From contig OZ024743.1 of NCBI GenBank assembly GCA_964016885.1, positions 292,888,001 to 292,952,000 on the forward strand: a stretch of DNA of 64,000 nucleotides. The letters run 5' to 3'. Source of the DNA: Eledone cirrhosa (Eukaryota). Below the pieces are notes generated by a model, which worked only from the letters and a program-made list of their open reading frames with translations, made no database searches and was not told the origin of the DNA. Shown here piece by piece: positions 39,655-51,911 of this stretch (positions are counted from its first letter, which is position 1; every line of letters starts with the position of its first letter). The position numbers and the translations under genes are program-made.

Positions 39655-40336
39655 TACGATATTAATAAATGGAAACTATATTTATAAAACCATATTTATT
39701 TCATTATACATATTTCAGGGATACCAAATTAAATTATGGTATGCCTTCATCAGACAAAATACAATATATAACAGTTTTACAAATAAGCTTTGACGTACCC
39801 TATTAAAATGCAACCATTGTTTTGGGAAGTCATCCGGATAGTGATTTGTTTATATTACTTTAATAAGTCATAGTGTTAAGGACAATTAGAAAAAGACGGA
39901 GACAAAGAAAAAGACGGAGAGAAAGAAAAAACGTGGAGAAATATCGGAGAGAGAGAGATGCATGGAGAAAAAAGAAAGAGATAAGTAAAGACAGGAAGAA
40001 AGGAAGAAAGAAGAAAAAAGAAGAAATAAGAAAAACAGAGGAAAGCAACAGAGAGATATTAAGTCAACAGACAGATAGAAAAACTCAAGAGAGAGAAATG
40101 TTATATAGAGAGAGAGGGAGATTTTGAAAACTTTACGTCATGTCATGTTAAGTTGAGTTAACAATTCATATGAAATGAATAATAAAAATATAAATATTCA
40201 TGAATGGGACATAGATATATAATATGAGAAATTAAACATTGTTTAATAATGAATATATGTTTAGTTTAAACCTGGAGATCAATATACCAAAATGTGGGTT
40301 TAATCTCCAAAATGCTAGAGAATCAGGCAAAGACAC

Positions 40337-40382
<46 letters not shown>

Positions 40383-43300
40383 GCACGTCCTGAAAATAGA
40401 AATTATATTTACTTAAGTCAACAATATAGACATATAAAGCGCAGACGATTTCTCTTAATCGCTGCTATACATTCTTTGTGCTATAAAAAGTTCACAGTAT
40501 ACATACACATAAATATACACGATTAACATTCATGACTTCATATATATGATTACCATTCATGTATTTAACATTTCTGCAATCCAAACTGCGTGGTTATGCA
40601 ACATAACTTTTACCCACACATATACATACACACACATATATACATATACACCTATATATGTATAAATAAATATCTGCGTGCGTCATCAGGCATCGCTCAT
40701 GTATACATAAGGACATATATACAATCATAAAAAACCTATAACACTTTTTTATGCATGTTAATACACACATACTTTTGTATAGAGATAATCAAATATCAAT
40801 ATATTACTAAGGATTATACTTTGGAAATATAATTATACCAATATAAATTTAAAATACCAAAGGATTATATTTTGGAAATACAACTATATCAATATAGTCA
40901 AAAGGACAAACGAATTCTAGAAATGTCAAAGCATTAAATAACTTTAAAACACTATAGAGTATCTTAAGTTAAAATAATGTTTCATATATTTAGTATAGAA
41001 AATTATCCTACTTATATTTCAATCAAGATATTGAAAGGGTAGACTTATGAGAATTATGAGAAGCTATCAGAATCAAAGCAAAACTAATAAAAATAAATAA
41101 AAATAAAATAAAATAAAAGTTAAATAAATATTATATCAATATAATTTAAAAATTTAAAAATTTAAAGATCTAAAAATTTCAAAAAATTTCAAAAAGAATT
41201 AAAAATTTTTCAAAATTCAAAGATTTAAAACATTTAAAAAACCAAGGATTCTACAGATATCCTTATATTTAGTATAGAAATTTATCCTACGTATATTTTA
41301 TTTAAGATATTGTAAGTATAGACATTTTAAAGTAGTTTATTATATCTATGTTGATATTTAGGAAGAAAGTTTAAAAAGAAAAAGGTGAAGGAATCTAATG
41401 ATTTATCGACAGGTTTTATATATTAACTGAATTACTTAATTAATTATACTACATTTTGAATTTATATTTATATTTAAACGTTGAGTTCAATCTATGTCTG
41501 CAGCAACTGAATAAATTGTTCCTTAAATTAAGGGAATTTTTGGACTTTAATATAAAGAATATTTCTTCAATACAAAGATCACAATTTTCTGAAGAGGAAT
41601 TAAAAGGAGTAGCTTCTGAAATAATATTCCAAGTCATCGAATATTTAACATTATCTCGTTTTAGGTCCCATATTAGGCTAGATAGCGAAGTTGAAGATTT
41701 TTTGTTTGGATCTGTGAAAGAATTTTTATGATTATTGAAGCGAAATTTAAATTCAGTCGAGGTAGAGCCAACATAGTTAAACGAATTTAAATTAGTTTTA
41801 ACATTACAATTATACACTACATTTTTAGCTAAGCAGTTGTTATTTAACGGACAGTTAGATTTATTTCTACAGTTACAGTTATTCAATTGAATATTGCTTG
41901 GGTTATTATTGGTATTTTGGTTAGGTTTTAAATTTGTATTATTAATTCTATTAACATTTTGTGCTAAATTTTTGGTGGACGAGTAAGTTAATTTTATAGT
42001 GTGTCTATTAAAAATTGAGTAATATTTATGTGTTCTAGGGAAGCGTTTGTCAAGAGCTTTAAAGAATAGTTTAGCAATAGGGGTTTTAATATTTAGTGAG
42101 AAAGGGGGAGCAAACCATAATATGTTTCTAGTTCTATTTCTTTTTCGGCTTTTGGAATTATTGTAATGTTTTCTATTATAGTTGTTAAAGTTGTTACCAT
42201 AATTAAAATTGTTATTATTTTGGTTAGTTTGCTTATTATTATTATTATCAATGTATTTAATTTCATTTCTATATCCAGCTCTACCTAACGCTTCGTTGTA
42301 ATACTGCGCTTTTTCATCAAATATATTTTTATTAGATGAAATTCTTGAAATTCTTTCTTGAACAGAGTTCACTATAGTATGTTTAACAGATCTGGGGTGA
42401 TTAGAGTTAGAATTAACATAATTCAAGTTCTCATTTAGGTTGTGAAATGGATAATGAAGACATGTGTTGAGATTTAGTGTTACGTCAAGAAAATTGACTA
42501 TTTTATGGTTATTCTCTATTTCTACTTTTATATTATGGTAACTAAAAAATTGTATAATTTGTTTTCTTTTCCTATTTAGTTCACAGCTATTATTTTGTAT
42601 AAGTAAAAGCATGTCATAACGATATAAGCCTCCGGTTAAACCTGGTATTTTTCTATGTAGCGAATTAATTATAAATAGGCCCACATGGTCCGTTACCTGA
42701 GCTGAGTCTGATGATCCCATAGTTATGTCGAAATTATTATTTCTATCTGCCCTAGTCCAGAGTTGGTTATTAAATTCTATCAATGTTTTCCTTGCCGATA
42801 ATATAATGTGCATTTCATTGCTAGTTAGGTCAGTATGTTTAAATGCGTAATTTAGTGCCTTATTCAGTAGATTAGGAGTGATAGATGAATAGTAGTTAGC
42901 AATATCCAGCTGAATAAACTTATTATTATAGTTATATTTAATTTCTTTAAACCAATCGATAACCTCACTAGTCCCTTTCCATAATTTTAAGTAAGATAAA
43001 TTAGGTAAGTTTTTAATTTGTTGTATTACCCTGTCTAGAATATTTTTGCTAAGTTTGTCCAGGTCAGATTTAGATGGTGCAATTAATCTGACTGGTAAAT
43101 CATTTTCAAAGTTTATTTTGTGATCCTTCATATTGATCTTAGGTTTCCTAGGCATGAAGGGTTGTGTTTTATTCTCAATGTCTAATTCATGCATTATACA
43201 AGATGCATCTGTATTCAGTTTTTCAAGTTCTTCCTTATTTTTCAAGTTCTTCCTTATTTGCTACCTTGTACTTTCTCCACGTTTTTTTCTTTCTCTCCGA

Positions 43301-43645
43301 CTTTTTCTTTCTCTCCGTCTTTTTCTAATTGTCCTTAACACTATGACTTATTAAAGTAATATAAACAAATCACTATCCGGATGACTTCCCAAAACAATGG
43401 TTGCATTTTAATAGGGTACGTCAAAGCTTATTTGTAAAACTGTTATATATTGTATTTTTTCTGATGAAGGCATACCATAATTTAATTTGGTATCCCTGAA
43501 ATATGTATAATGAAATAAATATGGTTTTATAAATATAGTTTCCATTTATTAATATCGTATATCTACTCCAAATACTTGTCGAGTGCTTTATATCAGTTAT
43601 AAAAATATTTACTTGTTATATACCAACAATTTTAAATAGAACTTT

Positions 43646-43650
<5 letters not shown>
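39655..43650 (-). mobile_element. 5'-truncated Penelope-like element with inverted pLTR (39655-39950 / 43270-43560)
   Basis: 598-aa RT-GIY-YIG ORF, long AT-rich 3' region, hammerheads at 39697-39761 (-) and 43453-43517 (+), ends in (TA)n. Confidence 0.9.
41449..43245 (-). CDS. Penelope-like reverse transcriptase + GIY-YIG endonuclease (N-truncated; catalytic YRDD reads YRYD)
   Basis: KDHK..F, QLDIANYYSSI, TMGSSDSAQVTD, LYRYD, VNFLDVTLNL, SNHP, WFAPPF, CNCRNKSNCPLNNNC, NVVY..YVGSTSTEFKFRFNNH, CDLCIEE, CRH. Confidence 0.9.
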   Translation of the reverse strand: MKNKEELEKLNTDASCIMHELDIENKTQPFMPRKPKINMKDHKINFENDLPVRLIAPSKSDLDKLSKNILDRVIQQIKNLPNLSYLKLWKGTSEVIDWFKEIKYNYNNKFIQLDIANYYSSITPNLLNKALNYAFKHTDLTSNEMHIILSARKTLIEFNNQLWTRADRNNNFDITMGSSDSAQVTDHVGLFIINSLHRKIPGLTGGLYRYDMLLLIQNNSCELNRKRKQIIQFFSYHNIKVEIENNHKIVNFLDVTLNLNTCLHYPFHNLNENLNYVNSNSNHPRSVKHTIVNSVQERISRISSNKNIFDEKAQYYNEALGRAGYRNEIKYIDNNNNKQTNQNNNNFNYGNNFNNYNRKHYNNSKSRKRNRTRNILWFAPPFSLNIKTPIAKLFFKALDKRFPRTHKYYSIFNRHTIKLTYSSTKNLAQNVNRINNTNLKPNQNTNNNPSNIQLNNCNCRNKSNCPLNNNCLAKNVVYNCNVKTNLNSFNYVGSTSTEFKFRFNNHKNSFTDPNKKSSTSLSSLIWDLKRDNVKYSMTWNIISEATPFNSSSENCDLCIEEIFFILKSKNSLNLRNNLFSCCRHRLNSTFKYKYKFKM

Positions 43651-43703
<53 letters not shown>

Positions 43704-43877
43704 GAGAGAGAGAGAGAGACAGGGAGAGAGAAAGGGAGAGAGAGAGTTGGATAGAGAGGAAAAGAAAAGGAATCAGTGTGAAAAAATGTTAAACCAGATT
43801 TGTTGGTTTTAGAGTTTAGAGTTGGTTTTGTTGGTTTTATAATAACAGAGATAACACACTTTACAACAAAGTGAATG

Positions 43878-44062
43878 TGTGTTACTTAGTAAAAAGGGTT
43901 TGGGGATCTGAATCATAATATTGTGGATTCGATTCCCACACCAAGTGAAGTTGTCTGTCCTTGGGAACGACACTTCATTTTATGTTGCTCCATTTCACTC
44001 TACAAATGAGTACCAGAGGCATATGATAGTTTACTCTTGCGATGGACTGGTATGCTTCCTAA
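43878..44062 (+). mobile_element. Degraded tRNA-derived SINE (family B)
   Basis: GGATTCGATTCCC B-box-like; tgtccttgggaacgacacttcattttatgttgctcc matches the 54492 copy. Confidence 0.55.
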
Positions 44063-45163
44063 AGGTGAGTCTTGTACTTTCAATTGTTTAAAATCTCGTG
44101 TTGTACTTTCAACAGTTTAGTCCAGCCAGTCCAGGCATAGAAAAACAAACTTACAAACCATACCTCTATAAGAGTTGATGGAGTATGAGAATATCTGTTG
44201 AAAATGTTTCTTTTTATATTCATTTAGATGGGATGTTTGTCTGATATTTTACTAGATTCAGCCATTGTAATGTTGTCGTTCTATGGCATAACATCACGGG
44301 AATTACCTTATCATATTAACCCCACTACTTAGTTCTTCGAATCTGAGTCTTGGTTTATAGATTTCTTTTCGTCGAACTATCCAGTTATGGGATATAACAA
44401 CAAGAAAACGAGCACAACGACACCACACACGATATATACATATATTCAATCGGAATCGGATTTTTGGACTATACTTGATTTTTGGCAAAACTTATACCTC
44501 TTTCACACTTATCAAATGGTGCACAGAGAGGGAGAGAGGGGGGAGAGAGAGAGGGGTGTGAGAAAGTGGGCACACACGCCTATACACATAAATGTAAATA
44601 GAAAGATTCACACTCGCATTGGCAATGTATGCAAATCCCACACGCATAGAACGAACTACATATGCACGCAGTTAGACATACAAATACACCCAGTCACATG
44701 TGCATGTAGAATCACATGTACACACGCACGCACATATACAAACACACACGTAGACATGCATATACGCCCGGATAGACACACGTGCATATACAGACACACA
44801 CACACACACAAACACACATACACACACATGCACGCACTCTCTGATAATATACCATCACTAACAAAATATACACCACTCCAACACACAGATCACACATACA
44901 CACACATAACACATATACACACAAACATACACACAAACAAAACATATAAACAACGCACAGCTACAGCATGCACCTCTTATGCATTCCAGCAGCAAGGATT
45001 GACCTGGATGCATCACCACTTCTGCACTCCACTCCGCATGTCCGACTACTTACACCTCTACTTATCTGCCCAAATCACACATCCTGATATTTCTTTCTTT
45101 TTCTTTCAACATTCTAATCTTCCTTCTTAACAAACATTACTCTTTCTTGAGTATAAACATCTT

Positions 45164-45238
<75 letters not shown>

Positions 45239-45384
45239 TTATATGGGTATGTAGGTGTGTGGTGTGCGTATGTTTAAAATACCGTGGCATTTAAAAGATT
45301 CAAGCATTCACTGATTTATCACTGAAATGTAGTGGGTACAGTATAGAAATGTATAAAAGTGGCAGTGGCTTCGAAATTTGTTTA

Positions 45385-45545
45385 GTTACTTCATCAGGCA
45401 TCTACACTGTTTCAGTCTACCAAATCTCACTCACCAGCATTGTTCAGCCTGAGCCTTTTGTAGAGACATTCACCCAACCGGAGACATTGATGGGCTTAGC
45501 ACAAAACTACGTGATTGCAAAATGACCTTTTTAACCACAAAACCA
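45385..45545 (-). mobile_element. Degraded SINE (cephalopod-type, recognised from memory)
   Basis: cagtctaccaaatctcactcac...tagagacattcacccaa...ttaaccaca resembles a common octopus SINE body. Confidence 0.45.
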
Positions 45546-45869
45546 TATTTCAATGAAACAGAATGACGACAAGCGAGATAAGTTTAAAAGGTTTCAACTG
45601 TAGTATATAATGCAAAATGCAACATACAGTATACCCAGTCTTTCAAGACGCCCGACCAAAGTGTAACCCTTTTGAGTTTACAAATGGAAATTATTTGAGA
45701 GAGCCTCTTCAAATCAACAAAGAAATCTATGCAGTCATGCGTTGGAACGAAACATAGCACATGGATTTCTCCCTCAAATTACACTCAACTGTCTTAAATA
45801 ATGATTTCTTTATTACACACAGTCTTAAATAACGGTAGATATTTTCAACAATGTAGTTCGTTCGATCTA

Positions 45870-46030
45870 GCAACATATTGTAGGAACCATTAGAGCGTCG
45901 GACAAAATGCTTACGGTATTTATTTATGTACGTTTCCTTTCAGAGTTCAAATCCTGCTGAAGTCTATTTTGACTTTCGTCATTCATGATCCCAATAAAAA
46001 AAACAGTCTCAGATAAGTACTACAAGTCGA
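45870..46030 (+). mobile_element. Degraded family-A-like SINE
   Basis: tagagcgtcggac...gagttcaaatcctgctgaagtc. Confidence 0.5.
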
Positions 46031-47529
46031 TTTAATATTCCTATAACTTATTCGAGACACGAATGGAACTATAACTGTAATAGAAGATCAGGAATGACTT
46101 GTGACAAAACATTAAAAAAACTATAAACCACTATCCAGCTATATCTTCATTTTGTAAGAAAACTAACCACAATGACCAGAAAACTTAAATTCCAGTCATA
46201 ACAAAGGACATTTTCGACTCATTGATCCAATAAAATTTATTTGCAAAGCGAAAAATTCGTTTGTTAAGGATACCTAATCACTTATTGTTTATCATTCGTA
46301 TCAATACTTTTGGTAAAATATGTATAACCGATTCCTGGGAATCCTTAATATGATTATACTGGATTTGCTCGTCATTCTATATTCTATCGTATTTCTTTTT
46401 CATCCAGAGGAAGGAACAACAAATGCAACAATATGCAGTGGTTAGGGAGAAATATCTAACAGAACAAGTAATGAGATTGAACAATAAGAAATGAACAAAG
46501 AATTTAGCATTAAGAAATAATCTATGAGGCGATACTGTAGAAGAGGGAGAAAATCTGTTTATTTATTAGAAAAGTATGCGCGCTAAAAATTAACCCTTGA
46601 GGAAATCGAACCACCGAAGAAACTGCATGAATAAATGTACAAGGAATTTCAACAATAAGTTAATATACACAACAATACCTCGAGTCAATTGAAGACTATA
46701 AATTATGTAATTCATGCTCAATAAAATGAAGAAATAAAATAAGATCTTGTAAGCCAGCAAACGAAATGAAGCCAACACAGGAATAGAAGTCAAGAACATA
46801 ATAAAGAGACGTAGATTTAGGGAATGCTACTGAATGCAAACTAGTAACAGTTAAGAAATTTGCTAACAAGGAGAAATTACTCCGTATTTTAAAGTATGCC
46901 GAAATAGGTTCGAGAAAAAATTCCAGTAAAGTCATCATAGCTTAGTCATAGCAATTGGTTTATTCACAATGTCTACTGGAAAAAGAACAATGCCAAACAA
47001 TGAAGTGGTTTGACCCCAGAGATAAGGTTGTAAACTACTGGATAAAGAATGCATGATAAAAAGAGCTTTACAACATACTTGTGGCTGAAATTAAGTAAAA
47101 ACTATATTAAAATGAGAAGGATAATCCTTTGGAAAACTACTGAGAAAGCGAAAGGCAATATTGATCTGTGAAATACTGATGGTGTCCAAAAATGTTAATA
47201 GAAGTGGTCAAACGCAACATCAAAGCTAATGAGCTTTAAAAATACTTTGTGCGGTTTTCCTTCAATATTCCGATCTACGTTTCAAATATGAATGTCCTCC
47301 CAGTCGTATGTATTCCATCGCTAAGACGAAAGATATGAATATGAAAAGTAACTATAAATCAATTACTTGCTTAAAAACCTCAAATAAACATTTGGCTCTA
47401 CTGTTGGACGTGCAGTCATATAAGGACTATTCTTCTACCCAATCGTTTTCGATGTACTGCTGAATGTAGATTCAGCAACTATGCTGGATTGATGTCTACA
47501 TGTTCACGCCATACTGAATAACTGCGGGT

Positions 47530-47625
47530 TGAACAGGATACAGAATTTGAACTCAGAACTCTAAGAACCAGAACAGATGCTGCAAAACAGCTCATACGAT
47601 GTTGTCACAATACTGCCAATCAATC
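47530..47625 (-). mobile_element. Degraded family-A SINE head
   Basis: gaatttgaactcagaa...tactgccaatc. Confidence 0.45.
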
Positions 47626-49323
47626 ACTCTCGATTGATATTTATCGATCCCGAAAGGAAGTACTCTATAGCTTAGTACATTTTTTTAAAACATTTCTACA
47701 AGTAATTTCCGCAACTTACTTTCAAAGGTTCGGAAGAAATATAAGCGATACGCGATGAGTATTTAATGAAATACGAAATTTGATGAGTTCATATTTCTTA
47801 CTGCGTGCTAAAAGCGCATTGGTTGAATTACCAGTGTTCACATTCACTATGACACTAAAGATATATATATGAAACATAAAGCGGTAACACTGTGTAGATA
47901 TACATTGTTAAACCATGGTTTATTAGCATTCTGATTTTTACTATATATGAGAAATAAGTGGATGGACGCACTATTTGATATTTGAAACGACAGACCAGTT
48001 GTTAATGTATATATGTATGTGTGGCTGTTTGTGTGGATGGATGCACGTCTGTGTATGTGCGTGTGTCTGTGTGTGTGTATGTGTGAGAGTCTGCGTATGT
48101 ATGTGCGTATGTATGTGTGTGTGTATGTGTGTGACGATTTGTACATAGAATAAACACAATGGTTTTTATTATTCCCATTTTGAAATAAGTAAGTTATATG
48201 TGTAAATATTTGTTCTCTTCAAACCATGTGGGTATGTGCATTGTTTAAGAAGCACGAGATTATATGAAATAAAGGCATGAAGATTAGTAATATATATATA
48301 TATATATAGAATAACAGAACTTAGGATAATTAAACCGAATTATATAGTTCTCTCTCGCTTTACATATATATATATGTGTGCGTGAGTCTGTGAGTGTGTG
48401 CGTGTGTGCGTGTGTACGTGCGTGTGTGTATGTGTGTGTGTGTGTATGTGTTGTAGTGCTAGTCATGAAATTAGAGTCATCTAAATGTACTCTCCTGGTG
48501 CATCTACTACTTTAGGATGAACATAGAGGCGATTGCAGACGTGTCCCCTGCCCTTGTCTTAAGAAATACTGCAGAATTGTGGAGTTTTTTTTTATATAAT
48601 TCCACCACTTTGCTGTATATCACTTGGGGCCATTGGAATAGGCCCGGCATATTTCCAAAATTCTCCATGGAGAGTTCCACGCTGTCTTTGAGTCACCGAA
48701 TAAGTTTAGTATTAAATCTTTTAGCCAACCATCTAAAGTTTGAATCATGGTTCAGAAAAATGTGTTTAAATCTGCCTTCCGATATTCTCGCGTAGTCCTT
48801 TACGTCAGGCTACCTATTTGGTCAGGTCGAGGGGATCTTAGCTTCATATACAAAGTTCACCACAGTACATGCTGGGTACAGAAGGCAAGCTTGCGCTTTT
48901 CTATATGAAGAAAGAATGGAGATTTTCTTATTTATATTAGCTTCTAGTTTTCTGAAGAATGTGTGGGTGACAAAGGTTTCAATTCATAAATCTAAGCTGT
49001 TCATTGGGCTTATATCCTACACACTAACTGATACACAAGCATATACAAGTACAAACACCCACAAACACACATTCACAAAAGCACAAACGCACACACGCAC
49101 TTATATATATGTGTGTGTGTGTGTGTTTGTGTGTGTATCGCGCGCGCGCGCGCGCGTGTGTGTGTGATAATAGAGTAATGTAAAATCCCGATAGCGGCAC
49201 CAAGCGGTTCCAACACCACAGACTCTATACATATATACAAACATACATAAATACGTACATATATGTATACATACATACATACATACATACATATTCCAGT
49301 ATGACATGTGGTTGACAAGAGTA

Positions 49324-49358
<35 letters not shown>

Positions 49359-49381
49359 ATGGATGTGTATGTAAGTATATA

Positions 49382-49460
<79 letters not shown>

Positions 49461-49576
49461 AAGAGAGAGAGAGAGACATATATAGAGACATATATATGTA
49501 TACATATATATATATTTATATGCATTTAATTATACATACATATGTGCGTGAGTATCTGTGTAAATAAAGAGAGAAC

Positions 49577-49754
<178 letters not shown>

Positions 49755-49884
49755 TTGGGTATTTGAAAAGATTTCGGGTGTGGTGATACCGATAGCTTTC
49801 CACTCTGAATAGATCTATAGTGACTAAGGGAGGAACTGAATAGAATTTATGTTTCTCTTTACTTTATAGATGAATATAAGGAAA

Positions 49885-50074
49885 CAATTGTTTCTACGTT
49901 AGGCACAAGGCCAGCAATTAACCAGTACATTACTGGTACTTTATTTTATCAAACCCGTAAGGATGAAAGGCAAAGTTAACCTCGGCGGGATTTGAACTGA
50001 AATCGTAAAGGGACGTAACTCTTTGCGTCAAAGCATGGCGTCCGACCCTCTACTGATACTGCCAATCCACCGCC
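49885..50074 (-). mobile_element. tRNA-derived SINE family A
   Basis: Full-length match to the 3738/3950 copies. Confidence 0.88.
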
Positions 50075-50146
50075 AAATATAAGGACATAATGTTAGTTGC
50101 AGCATGTTTGTGACGCGGGAGTGATTTTGTGGTGATATATGTATGT

Positions 50147-50233
<87 letters not shown>

Positions 50234-50645
50234 GGTTATACTTTGCGAGGGTCATGCTTATATACATATATAAGAGAGATTCCTGATGATTTTTGAAGAA
50301 TGAAACAGTTATTAAAACTATATATATATATATATAAGATCAAAATATGGTTAAAAGAGTTCCATGTATTTTATTATGCGCATATCAAAAACAAATATCA
50401 TCATGCGATGACATTTGCGTTTTCGTCAGATAAAATAGAGAGACATGATATGAAGGTTAAAAAACACTTGTGAATAGTGCAGTTTTAAATCCACATATCA
50501 ACTGCACTATTCACAAGTGTTTTTTAACCTTCATATCATGTCTCCCTATTTTATCTGACGAAAACGCAAATGTCATCGCATGATGATATTTGTTTTTGAT
50601 ATGCGCATTATAAAATACATGGAACTCTTTTAACCATATTTTGAT

Positions 50646-50708
<63 letters not shown>

Positions 50709-50814
50709 TTAATATAGATGAGATTCTACAGGACTAGAACTGTTTCATTCTTCAGAAATCATCAGGAATCTCTCTTATATATGTATATAAGCATGACCCT
50801 CGCAAAGTATAACC

Positions 50815-50865
<51 letters not shown>

Positions 50866-50870
50866 TATAT

Positions 50871-50953
<83 letters not shown>

Positions 50954-51030
50954 AAACATACATATATCACCACAAAATCACTCCCGCGTCACAAACATGC
51001 TGCAACGAACATTATGTCCTTATATTTGGC
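50072..51030. repeat. ~960-bp palindrome centred near 50490, followed by a direct copy of its core (51031-51210)
   Basis: gccaaatataaggacataatg... mirrored by ...cattatgtccttatatttggc; hammerhead variants at 50367-50437 (-), 50547-50617 (+) and 51110-51180 (+). Confidence 0.9.
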
Positions 51031-51589
51031 TTGTGAATAGTGCAGTTTTAAATCCACATATCAACTGCACTATTCACAAGTGTTTTTTAACCTTCATATC
51101 ATGTCTCCCTATTTTATCTGACGAAAACGCAAATGTCATAGCATGATGATATTTGTTTTTGATATGCGCATAATAAAATACATGGAACTCTTTTAACCAT
51201 CTTTTGATCTCATATATTATTTATACTCCAGTCCTACAAACTGTAAAGTGCTACTTATCCAATAACTACATTGCTTTATTGTACTACAATAAAACTCACC
51301 TCCTACATATATATATATTTGTGTGCGTGTGTGTGTAATGTATATATATATATACTAGTCTGTATAATCGAAGCTGCAGCTGCGATTAGTAGTTTCGAAA
51401 TCAATTTCCTGAGGCTTCACGAAGTACTCAATGAGACGATTCCAATAAATCGATAAATTATAGGTCAGAGTAATAAAAATAAGTTAGCTATGTGACACAG
51501 TGAAAATTGCGACCGGAAACATGCTGCCACCTTAATACTACAACAATGAAAATACAAATAGGTTAAAGACAAAACTGGACATGTTCGAT

Positions 51590-51775
51590 AGATGGATTGG
51601 CAGTATGGGTAGAGGGTCGGACGCCATTCTTTCTAGCATAGTTACGTCCCTTTACAGTCTGAGTTCAAATCCCGCCGAGGTTAACTTTGCCTTTCATCCT
51701 TACGGGGTCGATAAAATAAAGTACCAGTAATGTACTGGGTAATTGCTGGCCTTGTGCCTAAAGTAGAAACAATTA
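51590..51775 (+). mobile_element. tRNA-derived SINE family A
   Basis: ggattggcagtatgggtagagggtcggac...gagttcaaatcccgccgagg...gcctttcatccttacggggtcgataaaataaagtaccag...gaaacaatt. Confidence 0.88.
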
Positions 51776-51911
51776 TATAAATATCTTCGATTGGTTTCTT
51801 GGTACCTGTAACCTATACTCCAAGTTGCGTAACATGCAAGCCAGTAATGTATCCGAAAATGGAATGAGGATACCCTTTTCTCAACAGGCCTTTTATATAT
51901 ATATATATATA

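Noticed and set aside
46380-48900. Possible old LINE remnants or host exons
   Set aside because: Only weak motif hints (RGDL-like, NLPSDI); there is no supportable ORF or splice structure.
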